Below are positions 1 through 9,905 of a DNA stretch of 64,000 nucleotides, one piece after another. Within the stretch, counting starts at the first letter, position 1; each line of letters opens with the position of its first letter. The stretch lies in NCBI GenBank assembly GCA_964442455.1, contig CAYTZB010000004.1:7425-71424 (forward strand). The letters run 5' to 3'. A program made the position numbers and the translations under genes. The notes below the pieces were generated by a model. That model ran no database searches, was not told the DNA's origin, and saw nothing but the letters and a program-made list of their open reading frames with translations. Source of the stretch: an uncultured Gammaproteobacteria bacterium (GTDB taxonomy: Bacteria > Patescibacteriota > Microgenomatia > UBA8517 > JACQJR01).

Positions 1-419
1 CCTTCCAAAGTCCCTCGAGCTTTAATCCCTGTCAATCGCTCAATCAGAAGTCCAATATTTTTCTCTGCATCATTTGTGAGTGGCCTTGGCCTTTCAGGAA
101 GAAAACTATCCAACTGATTTTTTAAATAATCTTCCGGATTTTCCGGTAATATCATTCCCGCACTCAAAAGCCGTTCAAAGACAGGCGGAGGAAGGGCAGG
201 TGCCTGTGCGAGTATCTTGTCTGCTGGAGAAGTGAGCGCAAGAGTTCCTGCAAGCGCACCGGCGGCAAGTGCTTTGGCTGAATGGTCACGAATCTTGGAT
301 AACGGAAGCGCTTTTTTGGTAAAGAATTCTAGCGCGTGAGGGTGTTTCTGCGCTAGTTTCTTTTGTTCTTCTAAATGACGAAGTTTTAGTCGTTCACGAA
401 TTGTAGGTTGGGCAGACAT
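1..419 (-). CDS. Hypothetical protein, 5' part only (runs off window edge)
   Basis: ATG at 419 opens MSAQPTIRERLKLRHLEEQKK..., with no stop before the window edge; hydrophobic stretch ALAAGALAGTLAL. Translated by hand because it is not in the ORF track. Confidence 0.7.
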   Translation of the reverse strand, partial: MSAQPTIRERLKLRHLEEQKKLAQKHPHALEFFTKKALPLSKIRDHSAKALAAGALAGTLALTSPADKILAQAPALPPPVFERLLSAGMILPENPEDYLKNQLDSFLPERPRPLTNDAEKNIGLLIERLTGIKARGTLE

Positions 420-485
420 AAAATTAGTGCCGCCAGAGGCGAGCCTCGTCTTTGACGGGATTAGTGAATAGTAAACAGTGACTAG

Positions 486-1760
486 TCATGAAATTAATTC
501 TATCGCATTTTTAATGCGAGATACTGTTTTTTCTTTACCAAGTATAACAATTGAGGGAACAATGGGCGGAGTAATTTTACTTCCCGTTATCGCAACTCTT
601 AAACTCATAAAAAAGTCACTTATTTTAAATTTATTCTGCTCTATTGCTGAAAGAAACGCGCTTTGAAGATTCTCATCCCATCTATCCACAACATCTAAAG
701 CCACTTCTAAATGCTTTTTTGCATCACCACTAAAAAGTTTCTTATCAAGTTTTGGTTCTTCAAAGAAAAAACCTGCAAAATCCTCATATTCTTTAAGGGT
801 TTTAATCCTCTCTTTAACAAGCGGTATTGTCTTTTCAATTAAATCCGCTGGATATTTCCTGTCCAGGTATTCCCAGATTTTCGCTTTTAGCTCTTCGTTT
901 TTCGCTTCCCTAATGTATTCACCATTAATCCATGCTAACTTTGTCATATCAAAAATTGGTCCAGCTTTTCTTACTCGAGAAAGGTCAAAAACTTTGACAA
1001 ATTCCTCCAAGGAAAATATTTCTTTTTCCTCCGGATGTGACCAGCCCAAAAGACACAAGAAGTTTACCAATGCCTCAGGAAGATACCCCTCATCTCTGTA
1101 AAAACGTAGGTCAACTGGATCACGTCTCTTTGAGAGTTTTGCGCGTTGGGGATTGCGGAGTGCTGGGATGTGAGCAAATACCGGTGGCTCTTTACCAAAT
1201 GCCCCATAAAGCAAGAGTTGTCGAGGAGTATTTGAAATATGTTCTTCCGCCCGAATGACATGCGAGATTTCCATTGCAATGTCATCTACAACAACTGCAA
1301 AGTTATACGTTGGGTATCCATCAGATTTCAAAATTACAAAATCTTTCAATTGGGTAGAATCCGCGGGAAATGTAATTTCCCCTCGCACTGCATCGTTCCA
1401 TGACACCTCACGCGCGGGACTTTTAAAATACAAAGCTCCTTCTTTTTCATACACAACACCACCTTTTACAAGTTCTTGTGCTTTCTTTTTATAAAGAGAA
1501 AGACGCTCAGATTGTCTATATGGTTTATGGGGCCCACCCTTGTCCGGTCCCTCATCCCATGTAAAACCTAGCCATCGCAACCCCTCATACAAAGCTTCCT
1601 CCGCCCCCGCTACATGACGTTTTACATCAGTATCCTCAAGCCTAATAATAAATTTACCCTTAACGTGTCGAGCGAAAGCAAAATTAAATAGAGAAGCATA
1701 TGCCGTTCCTACATGAGCAAAACCTGTGGGAGAGGGAGCAATACGTGTGCGAGTGGTCAT
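486..1760 (-). CDS. gltX: Glutamate--tRNA ligase
   Basis: RIAPSPTGFAHVG (HIGH-like), RLEDTD, KLSKR (KMSKS-like). Confidence 0.97.
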   Translation of the reverse strand: MTTRTRIAPSPTGFAHVGTAYASLFNFAFARHVKGKFIIRLEDTDVKRHVAGAEEALYEGLRWLGFTWDEGPDKGGPHKPYRQSERLSLYKKKAQELVKGGVVYEKEGALYFKSPAREVSWNDAVRGEITFPADSTQLKDFVILKSDGYPTYNFAVVVDDIAMEISHVIRAEEHISNTPRQLLLYGAFGKEPPVFAHIPALRNPQRAKLSKRRDPVDLRFYRDEGYLPEALVNFLCLLGWSHPEEKEIFSLEEFVKVFDLSRVRKAGPIFDMTKLAWINGEYIREAKNEELKAKIWEYLDRKYPADLIEKTIPLVKERIKTLKEYEDFAGFFFEEPKLDKKLFSGDAKKHLEVALDVVDRWDENLQSAFLSAIEQNKFKISDFFMSLRVAITGSKITPPIVPSIVILGKEKTVSRIKNAIELIS

Positions 1761-1798
1761 AATTGAATTCTAACATCAAGAACAGCTATACTCAAAAT

Positions 1799-2845
1799 AT
1801 GCGTACGCTCACCGAAACTGCATTTTATTCCAGAGCGGCCATAAAATACGCAGTTGCATTCCTTATATTTCTCGTGCTTGCGCGAGTAGTGTGGACTGTA
1901 GGATTCGCTGCCTTTCGCTATTTTTTCCCAAAACCCCCGCCACCTCCTACAGTTTCATTTGGAAAATTACCAGCACTTGTATTTCCTTCCCAGGAAAATT
2001 TACCAAAATTTTCTTATGCCCTAGAACTACCAGAAGGAGAACTACCAATCACCCCACCAAGCCTCCCTGTATTTACCATGCCTCTTCCTCGGTCATCAAT
2101 AGTAGCATTAGATGAAGCCAGACGAGTTGCCACTCGACTCGGATTCACCGTAGGAGAAGAAAGCATTTCACAAAGCATCTATCGCTGGAGACGTAAAGAT
2201 ATACCTGCCACCCTTGAGACGAACATCATCACCGGCGCCTTTTCTATAAACTATAACTTGATTGCCGATCCTACCCCTTTTAGCGGGCATCCTCCTGCTG
2301 CAGAGTTAGCCGCTGCTGCTATACGCTCATTTCTTTCCTCAGCCGACCTTTTGCCTGAAGATTTCACCAATGGGCAAATAAGCTCACAATTCCTCAAACT
2401 CGAAGGCGCAGCGTTGGTAACTGTTCCCTCACTCTCTGAGGCAAACTTTGTGCGAGTGGACTTCTTTCGTCAAGAGTATAATGAGCTCCCTGTTGTCACC
2501 CAGTCGGGAACATCGGGCAATGTATGGTTTTTGGTCTCAGGAATAACTACAAGAGAACGTCAAATAATCGCAGGAGAATACCACTATTTTCCGGTAGATA
2601 CAGAAAGTTCATCAACCTATCCAATAAAGACCGCGCAAACTGCGTGGGAAGAGTTCAACTCTGGTCAGGGAGCAATTATCTCAGCGGGTGCCAACAAAGA
2701 ACGCGTTATCATTCGTCGGGTGTACCTGGCATATTACGATAACAGCGAACCGCAAGAATTCTTTCAACCAGTTTTTGTGTTCGAGGGTGACAACGATTTT
2801 GCCGCCTACCTCCCTGCCATTACCTCAGATTATTATGGGGAATAG
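1799..2845 (+). CDS. Membrane-anchored hypothetical protein
   Basis: Long ORF with N-terminal TM segment and Pro-rich linker; ATG 1799 preferred because TATACT lies 6 nt upstream. Confidence 0.8.
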   Translation: MRTLTETAFYSRAAIKYAVAFLIFLVLARVVWTVGFAAFRYFFPKPPPPPTVSFGKLPALVFPSQENLPKFSYALELPEGELPITPPSLPVFTMPLPRSSIVALDEARRVATRLGFTVGEESISQSIYRWRRKDIPATLETNIITGAFSINYNLIADPTPFSGHPPAAELAAAAIRSFLSSADLLPEDFTNGQISSQFLKLEGAALVTVPSLSEANFVRVDFFRQEYNELPVVTQSGTSGNVWFLVSGITTRERQIIAGEYHYFPVDTESSSTYPIKTAQTAWEEFNSGQGAIISAGANKERVIIRRVYLAYYDNSEPQEFFQPVFVFEGDNDFAAYLPAITSDYYGE

Positions 2846-3801
2846 TGCGTCAAAGAGATATCCCAAGTGTGTGTGCCGTACGCCCACTCAATAAGTTTTC
2901 GGGTATCGCCAAATCTATCAGCAGAACCAAGCACAACGGTAATAAGCGGATTACCGCCCCGTTCAATAAACGTCACCAACGCTCCACCCGATTCTTCACT
3001 CCATCCCGTTTTTATTCCAATTACCCCCGGGACTGTTCTTAAAAGTTCATTAAGATTGGTTAATTTATGCACAATTTCCCCATCTATACTCTGGACTGTA
3101 ATTTCTTGTGTTTTGACAATTGTTGCAAATTCTGGATTCTTCATTGCGAAAGCGGCAAATTTTGCTAAATCGTGTGTAGTTGAAAGGTGGCCTTGTTCGG
3201 GAAGTCCTGTCGGATTAGTAAAGTGTGTATTTTTCATGCTTAATTCTTGAGTTATTTGATTCATCTTTTTAATAAATACCTCTCTTCCCCCAGGAAATGC
3301 GCTGGCTACCACTTCTGCTGCATCGTTTGCAGACCACACCAAAACTCCATAAAGAAGATCTCGGGCAGTAATGTGCTCTCCCGGCACTAACTTCATGAGT
3401 TGCGGCTCAACAGTAAAGGAAGGAACTTCAACTACCTGAAGAAGGGGCACATTTTCAAGCACCAACATGGCAGTCACCATTTTAGTTGTCGAGACAGGAG
3501 GAAGTGGTACGTCGGCGTTTTTCTCAAACAACACAACTGAAGAGCGGGGGTCAAAAACGAATACTGAGCGAGCAGTAAGAAATGAAGGTTGGGTGGGACT
3601 CATCTTTTGAGGAAGTGGACTCAATGTAACGAACGGCACGTCGTTACGAGGAAAAGGAGGGGGTTGTGAAACAAAAAGAGTACTGGCAATAATTAAAAGC
3701 GTAAAAAAAGTCAGTGGGAAAAATGGAATTTGTCTCCAAAAATTTTCGGGCAAAATTACATAATTTGTTTTAAAAAATTTTCTTTTAACCTTTTTTCCCA
3801 T
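2833..3801 (-). CDS. D-alanyl-D-alanine carboxypeptidase (peptidase S11)
   Basis: SxxK (STTK), SxN (SAN) and KTG motifs; N-terminal TM segment. Confidence 0.92.
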   Translation of the reverse strand: MGKKVKRKFFKTNYVILPENFWRQIPFFPLTFFTLLIIASTLFVSQPPPFPRNDVPFVTLSPLPQKMSPTQPSFLTARSVFVFDPRSSVVLFEKNADVPLPPVSTTKMVTAMLVLENVPLLQVVEVPSFTVEPQLMKLVPGEHITARDLLYGVLVWSANDAAEVVASAFPGGREVFIKKMNQITQELSMKNTHFTNPTGLPEQGHLSTTHDLAKFAAFAMKNPEFATIVKTQEITVQSIDGEIVHKLTNLNELLRTVPGVIGIKTGWSEESGGALVTFIERGGNPLITVVLGSADRFGDTRKLIEWAYGTHTWDISLTHYSP

Positions 3802-5140
3802 TTTTACTCTTTACCTTCACCTTTTGAGATGACAATCGAATATCTACTCGCTCCATGTCGCGAGGGAAAAGGCTAGCTTGCCTAATGTTAGCAAGACCCA
3901 AAATTTTCATCGTCACCCGTTCTGCTCCCATTGCAAATCCACCCTCAGGCGGCATCCCAAAACGAAATGCTTGAAGATAAAGCTCAAAATCGCGAGCGTC
4001 ATTTCCCCATCTCTTAATATTCTCAATTAACTCCTTGTAGTCGTTAATCCGCTGTCCACCGGTCACCCACTCAAGACCACGACCCAATAAATCAAAACTC
4101 AATGTAAGTTCTTTATCGTGTGGATCAGGATAAGTATAAAAGGGTCTTTTCTTAACCGGATAATGAGTTATAAAAACAAAATCAGAACCTTTCTCTTCTT
4201 TTGCCCAGCGACAAATTTCTTCTTCATCTATTGGCGATAGATCTGGTTCACTTCTATTATCTCTGCCTGTTCGTTTATAAATAATATCGTGTGCTTCTTT
4301 TAGTTTAATCCGTGGGAAGTTTGGTGGTGCAGTAGGAACAGTTGTGTTATACATCTTGAGTTGCTCACTACAACGCGTATCAACTGCATTTATAATTTCG
4401 TGAACTACATGCTCGACGGTATCCATTATCTCTTCCCAACTTTTAATAAATGACATTTCAGCATCAAGACTTATATATTCAGTTAAATGTCGCGTGGTTA
4501 CACTTGGTTCAGCACGGAAAGCATGAGTTACTGTAAAAACTCGCTCATAAACCCCAAGCATTATTTGTTTATAAAGCTGCGGACTTTGACCAAGGTATGC
4601 GGTATGACTAAAATATTTTACAGGAAAAACTTCTGCTCCACCCTCGGCTGTCGCTGGAACAATAATTGGTGCCTGAAACTCAGTGAAACCCAAATCTTTT
4701 AAGGTTTTACGGAAGGTATCAACAACAACTTCTTGAACCTCAAAGATAGATGCAATTTTTGGATGACGAAGAGTTAATGCACGCCAATCAAGAAGAGTGG
4801 GGAGTTCTAAATTTAAATCCGGACCGCCCATATCAAAAGGGAGTGTCTCTGCTTTTGAAATAACCTCAACCTCTTGCGCTTCTATTTCAACCTCACCAGT
4901 TGGAAGTTCTTTATTTTCTGTCCCTTTTGGCCGCGCTTTCACTTCGCCCATAATAGACACAACATCCTGTGAATGAAGCTCTCCCTTAATCTCTTTGACC
5001 ACTACTTGAAGAATTCCAGATCTGTCCCATAAATCAAAAAACAAGACGCCTCCATGATCCCGTAATCTGTCAATCCAGCCCATAACGTGCACTTTCTGAC
5101 CAATCTTATTTACCGTTTCTTTGGTGAGTGTTCTTTCCAT
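3785..5140 (-). CDS. aspS: Aspartate--tRNA ligase, short archaeal/non-discriminating type
   Basis: OB fold (GWIDRLRDHGG), QSPQLYKQ, FRAE, GMPPEGGFAMGAER, LFPRD; no GAD insertion; start at MERTLTKET. Confidence 0.92.
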   Translation of the reverse strand: MERTLTKETVNKIGQKVHVMGWIDRLRDHGGVLFFDLWDRSGILQVVVKEIKGELHSQDVVSIMGEVKARPKGTENKELPTGEVEIEAQEVEVISKAETLPFDMGGPDLNLELPTLLDWRALTLRHPKIASIFEVQEVVVDTFRKTLKDLGFTEFQAPIIVPATAEGGAEVFPVKYFSHTAYLGQSPQLYKQIMLGVYERVFTVTHAFRAEPSVTTRHLTEYISLDAEMSFIKSWEEIMDTVEHVVHEIINAVDTRCSEQLKMYNTTVPTAPPNFPRIKLKEAHDIIYKRTGRDNRSEPDLSPIDEEEICRWAKEEKGSDFVFITHYPVKKRPFYTYPDPHDKELTLSFDLLGRGLEWVTGGQRINDYKELIENIKRWGNDARDFELYLQAFRFGMPPEGGFAMGAERVTMKILGLANIRQASLFPRDMERVDIRLSSQKVKVKSKNGKKG

Positions 5141-5238
5141 TATCTTGATGTTACTCGCAATTCCCCCTCTTGACAAGCACAAAATTAATGTAGGAGAATG
5201 TAAGTGAATTCCCCTTTGAGGGAATTTTTGTTGGCAAT

Positions 5239-5499
5239 ATGGGAGGAAAAGAAATTAAAGAACGCAATCAAGGAGTAACTCTGCCTCGGCTAACTGATGG
5301 ATGTAAGTACTCCAAAGGTGCTATTCAACTCGTAGAAGAAGCAATAGAAAGAGGAATTGATCCAACCCATGAAGTTGCACAAGCTCTAACTGAGGTAAGT
5401 ATTAATGGCAAAAAGACAATTACACGAAGACATCTTGGCGGATTATTAGAAGAAGTTACCAGAAGAATGCACTCGCTGCCGTTTATCAATCGAATTTAA
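5239..5499 (+). CDS. Small hypothetical protein
   Basis: 86-aa ATG ORF filling the aspS-recJ gap; TTGACA upstream. Confidence 0.5.
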   Translation: MGGKEIKERNQGVTLPRLTDGCKYSKGAIQLVEEAIERGIDPTHEVAQALTEVSINGKKTITRRHLGGLLEEVTRRMHSLPFINRI

Positions 5500-7336
5500 T
5501 ATCCTTCAATTTCAACTGGACTTTTTTGTTTCCATTCCCACCTTCGCCAAGGCTGCTTCCTTCGCCGACCTGCGCTTCGCCGAAGGCTCCGGCGAGGCGA
5601 GAGTGGCTACGGAGGCCGAGTCGGCGGGCAGGCCACTCATCAATTTCAATCGTATACGCAATATCAACTGGTTTGTCTGGTGAAAGTTGTGAATAAAGCT
5701 CGCCCATTCCAAAACCGATAGCATTAAAAGTGATTAGTGATTGACCTCCGGCTCTGGAGAGCCTCCCACCGGGGCTTGAGCCCCTCTGGAGCGGAGCCTG
5801 GCTCGGAGAGTTATTAGTGATTAGTAATTTCAAGTGTTGGTTCTCTCTGCCCACAAGCCGTGCATCTTTAAACAAAACTCCTCGTGTTACAAACACCGGT
5901 CCAGGATTACCAACGCCAAAAGGGACAAACTTTGCAACTTCTTGTGCAAGTGCAAGGTTAACAACAGAGAGTGGAATTTCACACTCAATGCGAATTTTAG
6001 GCGTCAAGTGCTCATCGGTTAAATTTCCATCCGCATGATCTTTAAAAGCTTGTGAAAGTAATTCCAAATGTTGGGTCTTGACCGTAAATCCGGCAGCCAT
6101 AGCATGTCCCCCACCCTCAACCAAAAATTCACGAGCACGATCAAGAAGTTCAACAATATTAAATCCAGAAACCGAACGTGCCGAACCCCGAGAAAATTCC
6201 TCTCCTTTTGAGACAACAATTGCAGGTCTTCCAAATTCCTCAACAAGCCGAGAGGCAACGAGTCCCACAATCCCCTCATGATAACTCTCATGTGCGACAA
6301 AAATCAGCCCTGCCTGCGCAGGCAGGCCGCCATCGCTTTTTAACACCTGTTCTCTTGCATGAAACACACTATCCACCACCATTTGTTGGCGTGTTCTATT
6401 TGTTTCATTTAATTGAAATACCAACTCTCGTGCTTTGGTAGTACTTTTTGTACAAAGAAGCCGCAACGAACTAAGTGCATGCTCCAGTCGTCCTGCGGCA
6501 TTCAGTCGCGGTGCAAGCAGAAATCCAACTTCATATGTTCCAATCTCTTTTTGGTTTATCCCAGCAACTTGGCACAAAGCGACAATCCCCGCTCTGGTTG
6601 TTTTTTGCAAGACAGTCAATCCATGAAATACCAAAGAGCGGGCAGGACCAATGAGTGGTACCATATCGGCAACCGTTGCCAATGCCACAAGCCCCAACCA
6701 ATCATCCCAACGATCAATTTTCAATTTTAAATTTTCAATTTTCAATTCCCGCGCAAGTACGTATGCCACCCCAGCTCCGGAAATCGCGGTCGTATGTAAA
6801 ATTGCAAACGCTTTCGGTTTTGTTTTTCGTGGCAGGTGATGATCGGTAATAATGACATCAAGTCCCAGCTCCTTTGCAGTATCGACTTTCTCGTGCGCAA
6901 CAATACCGTTATCAACTGTAATAATAAGTCCAACACTCGAATCCTCTTTTTTTAACTGCTTCATCCGAGGAATATTCAAGCCATATCCTTCAGTTCTTCG
7001 CTCTGGAATAAAAGGCAAGGCATTAACACCGCTATAATAAAGTGCTTCCCATAAAATCGCTGCCCCGCAAATCCCATCCGCATCGTAATCTCCCCACACT
7101 ATTACTTTCTCACCAGTCTTTTTTGCTTTTTCTATTCTTTTAATTGCTTTTCTTAATTCTTTGGAGTCAATCCCAAAATCGCGAGCGGTCAGTTTGTCTG
7201 GATGTGTCGGGGCAAAAAATTCTTTCTCTTGGGCTTTGGTTTTAATCCCACGATTCTCAAGAAGAATTTTTATTATGCCCGTGGTACTTTTGCTACCTGT
7301 GGTACTCTTTTTACTTACTATTTCCCATTTTTTCAT
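5486..7336 (-). CDS. recJ: ssDNA exonuclease RecJ carrying several in-frame insertions
   Basis: GDYDADG, TVDNG, TDHH, GSARS and GGHAMAAG motifs. Confidence 0.96.
   Translation of the reverse strand: MKKWEIVSKKSTTGSKSTTGIIKILLENRGIKTKAQEKEFFAPTHPDKLTARDFGIDSKELRKAIKRIEKAKKTGEKVIVWGDYDADGICGAAILWEALYYSGVNALPFIPERRTEGYGLNIPRMKQLKKEDSSVGLIITVDNGIVAHEKVDTAKELGLDVIITDHHLPRKTKPKAFAILHTTAISGAGVAYVLARELKIENLKLKIDRWDDWLGLVALATVADMVPLIGPARSLVFHGLTVLQKTTRAGIVALCQVAGINQKEIGTYEVGFLLAPRLNAAGRLEHALSSLRLLCTKSTTKARELVFQLNETNRTRQQMVVDSVFHAREQVLKSDGGLPAQAGLIFVAHESYHEGIVGLVASRLVEEFGRPAIVVSKGEEFSRGSARSVSGFNIVELLDRAREFLVEGGGHAMAAGFTVKTQHLELLSQAFKDHADGNLTDEHLTPKIRIECEIPLSVVNLALAQEVAKFVPFGVGNPGPVFVTRGVLFKDARLVGRENQHLKLLITNNSPSQAPLQRGSSPGGRLSRAGGQSLITFNAIGFGMGELYSQLSPDKPVDIAYTIEIDEWPARRLGLRSHSRLAGAFGEAQVGEGSSLGEGGNGNKKVQLKLKDIKFD
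5537..5632. repeat. 96-bp nested GC-rich palindromic element, in frame in recJ
   Basis: Interrupts DEW|NG; three related ...CC(G)...AGCC...GGCGAAG units appear nested. Confidence 0.8.
5745..5810. repeat. ~66-bp GC-rich palindromic element, in frame in recJ
   Basis: CTCCG...CGGAG termini, internal GGGGC-TCAA-GCCCC hairpin; flanked by CTAATCA heptamers. Confidence 0.75.
6309..6326. repeat. Perfect 18-bp palindrome CCTGCCTGCGCAGGCAGG in recJ
   Basis: Seen directly; encodes LPAQAG; sibling at 24093. Confidence 0.85.
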
Positions 7337-7371
7337 TCTTGCACCTCTTGTACGATATACTATAGTAGCAT

Positions 7372-8742
7372 ATGAAATTTACCATACCATCGTTTGTTCA
7401 GGAACTGGTTGAACGATTTCAAAAGAAAGGTTTTGAGATTTATATCGTTGGAGGGGCAGTGAGGGATTTGTTAATGGAAAGAGACGTGACGGATTGGGAC
7501 TTCACCACTAATGCCACTCCTGAACAAATTCTTGAACTCTTTGCAGGGGCATTTTATGACAATAAGTTTGGGACTGTTGGTATTCCGGTAGAAAAAACTC
7601 AAATTTTAGAGGTCACCACTTTTAGAAGAGAGGAAACATATTCTGACAGACGCCATCCGGATAAAGTGGTTTGGGGAGAAAGTTTGGAAGAAGATCTAGC
7701 ACGACGTGATTTCACGATTAATGCTATGGCATTTAAGATTGCTCATGGACTACAGACTACGGTAGACATCCAAATCATTGATCCGTTTCATGGTCAAGAA
7801 GATTTAAAGAATAAGCTCATTCGTGCAGTTGGTAATCCACAAGAACGATTCAGAGAGGATGCACTCCGGATGATGCGAGCAGTTCGGATTGCATCAGAAC
7901 TGGGATTTGTGATTGAAGAGAAAACTTTTGAAGCGATAAAAATGAATGTTCCCCTTATCCGCAAGATTTCAGCGGAACGCATACGAGATGAACTATTTAA
8001 ATTGCTTGCAAGCCCTTATCAGTACGAGGGAATTGTCATGTTGCGAAATGCAGGACTTCTTGTCGAAATTCTCCCAGAAGTTGAGGAGGCATTTGATATA
8101 CCACAAAAAAGTCCAAAACGCCATCATGTTGTTGATGTAGGGACACACCTTTTGTATTCCTTAAGGTATTGTCCTTCAAAAGACTCACTCGTCCGACTTG
8201 CAGCTCTCCTTCACGATATTGGCAAACCTCAAACGTTTAAAAAAGATGAAAAAACAGGAGTCATCACTTTTTATAACCATGAAGTTGTTGGGGGCAGAAT
8301 TGCGAATCAAGTTGCTAACCGGCTGCGGCTCTCAAAGAAAGAAATTGATAAATTATTCAGGCTCGTGCGTTGGCATCTCTTTACGGTTGACGAGCGACAA
8401 ACGGATTCAGCCCTTCGGCGGTTCATAAGAAATGTAGGAGTCGAAAATTTGGAAGATATTTTAGCAGTGAGGACTGGGGATCGTCTCGGCGGTGGTGCAA
8501 CCGAAACCTCCTGGCGACTTGAACTATTTAAAAAAAGACTTCTTGAAGTCCAAAAACAACCATTCTCTGTTCAAGATTTAAAAATTAACGGCAACGATGT
8601 CATGAAAGAATTGGGTATTACATCCGGACCAAAAGTAGGGCAGGTCTTAAACGCACTTTTTGCCGAAGTTGAAGAAGGAAAACTAAAAAACAATCGCGAA
8701 GATTTACTTAAGAGAATGGAAGAGATTGGTAAAGAGTTTTAG
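7372..8742 (+). CDS. cca: CCA tRNA nucleotidyltransferase with HD domain
   Basis: VGGAVRD, DWD, RRDFTINAMA, EDALRMMRA, LLHDIGK. Confidence 0.93.
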   Translation: MKFTIPSFVQELVERFQKKGFEIYIVGGAVRDLLMERDVTDWDFTTNATPEQILELFAGAFYDNKFGTVGIPVEKTQILEVTTFRREETYSDRRHPDKVVWGESLEEDLARRDFTINAMAFKIAHGLQTTVDIQIIDPFHGQEDLKNKLIRAVGNPQERFREDALRMMRAVRIASELGFVIEEKTFEAIKMNVPLIRKISAERIRDELFKLLASPYQYEGIVMLRNAGLLVEILPEVEEAFDIPQKSPKRHHVVDVGTHLLYSLRYCPSKDSLVRLAALLHDIGKPQTFKKDEKTGVITFYNHEVVGGRIANQVANRLRLSKKEIDKLFRLVRWHLFTVDERQTDSALRRFIRNVGVENLEDILAVRTGDRLGGGATETSWRLELFKKRLLEVQKQPFSVQDLKINGNDVMKELGITSGPKVGQVLNALFAEVEEGKLKNNREDLLKRMEEIGKEF

Positions 8743-8747
8743 CTACA

Positions 8748-8775
8748 TTGACAATAAATATCTCTATATTATAAT
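8748..8775 (+). promoter_or_regulatory. Sigma70-type promoter
   Basis: TTGACA-N16-TATAAT, 6 nt before GTG 8782. Confidence 0.7.
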
Positions 8776-8781
8776 AAGCCT

Positions 8782-9015
8782 GTGGAAGAGATAGAAAAAG
8801 AAAAAACTCCTATTTTGATAGAAGGTAAGTGCCGTAATTGTGGAGCCCCACGATTTGCCGCAGGATCTGATTTAGATAGTTTAACAAGTACATTGCAACG
8901 CCTTGATGCTTATGTATGCGAAGTGGGAGATCATTACTTCCAACCTGGCACAACGTTGTATGATGCTTATGAATGGGATTTTTCTACTAACAAAGTCCTT
9001 CAATCACCCCTATAA
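8782..9015 (+). CDS. Small putative zinc-binding protein
   Basis: 77 aa, CRNC...CEVGDH; consensus promoter directly upstream. Confidence 0.55.
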   Translation: MEEIEKEKTPILIEGKCRNCGAPRFAAGSDLDSLTSTLQRLDAYVCEVGDHYFQPGTTLYDAYEWDFSTNKVLQSPL

Positions 9016-9104
9016 CTATAAATAAAAAGATACTCTTTGTAATGTAGACTTTAAATCAAAATTGATTTTGATTATCATATATTAATATATGATATAGAGT
9101 GGAA

Positions 9105-9878
9105 CTAATGTTTTCTGAAACGTGCTTGGATTTCTTCCCAAGTCACAAGGAGTGGAACGGCGACAAACGGGGAAGAGTAAGTACCGGTAACAACTCCGAT
9201 AAGAAGGGCGATAACAAACCAACGTAGCGTTTCTCCACCCAAAAGCGCGAGGGCTACTAAGACAAAAATAATCGTTAATGAATTATTAAGAGAACGAACC
9301 ATTGTTTGAGAAACAGCAAGATTGGCAAGATTGTATATGCTCCCACCAAGTCTTCTTTTTGTCTCACGTATTCTGTCAAAAACTACAATTGTGTCGTGGA
9401 CTGAAAAGGCAAGAGTAGTAAGCAAGGCAGTGACAAAAAGAATATCAACCGGTGCCCTCACAAAATGCCCCAACAGCGCGAATGAACCAATGAGCACGGC
9501 GCTGTCGTGCACGGTTGCTAAAATTGCCGATATGCCAAATTGAACACTCTTAAATTGCCACGCAACCCACAACAAAATTCCCCCTGCGGCAATCGCTACT
9601 GCAATAATGGTTTTGCGCAAAATTTCTTTTGAGAACGTCGGTCCTACACTTTCGAAACGGACAATCGTAGCATCTTCTCTTTGAGCTTCTTCTTGTGTTG
9701 TCGGCCCTGTTTGTTCAATGAAGCGACTACCATCACTTTTCTTCTGATACTCAATTACTGTTCCGCCGGTAAAATCAATTGAGAGAGCAAAACCCCAACG
9801 CACCAGCGAAAAAATGCCCACGCCAATAACAATTCCCGAAATTAAAAAATACAATGGTCGAAAATGCATCCAGTTCAT
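9105..9878 (-). CDS. secF: Protein translocase subunit SecF (short periplasmic domain)
   Basis: IDFTGG, ESVGPT, SVHDTIVVFDRIRE, GTYSS. Confidence 0.95.
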   Translation of the reverse strand: MNWMHFRPLYFLISGIVIGVGIFSLVRWGFALSIDFTGGTVIEYQKKSDGSRFIEQTGPTTQEEAQREDATIVRFESVGPTFSKEILRKTIIAVAIAAGGILLWVAWQFKSVQFGISAILATVHDSAVLIGSFALLGHFVRAPVDILFVTALLTTLAFSVHDTIVVFDRIRETKRRLGGSIYNLANLAVSQTMVRSLNNSLTIIFVLVALALLGGETLRWFVIALLIGVVTGTYSSPFVAVPLLVTWEEIQARFRKH

Positions 9879-9902
9879 CCTTCGGCTTCGCTCAGGACAA
9901 GT
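9878..9902. repeat. CCTTCG-N-GCTCAGG element filling the secD-secF spacer
   Basis: TCCTTCGGCTTCGCTCAGGACAAGT; related copies at 20033, 26575 and 26726. Confidence 0.75.
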
Positions 9903-9905
9903 TGC

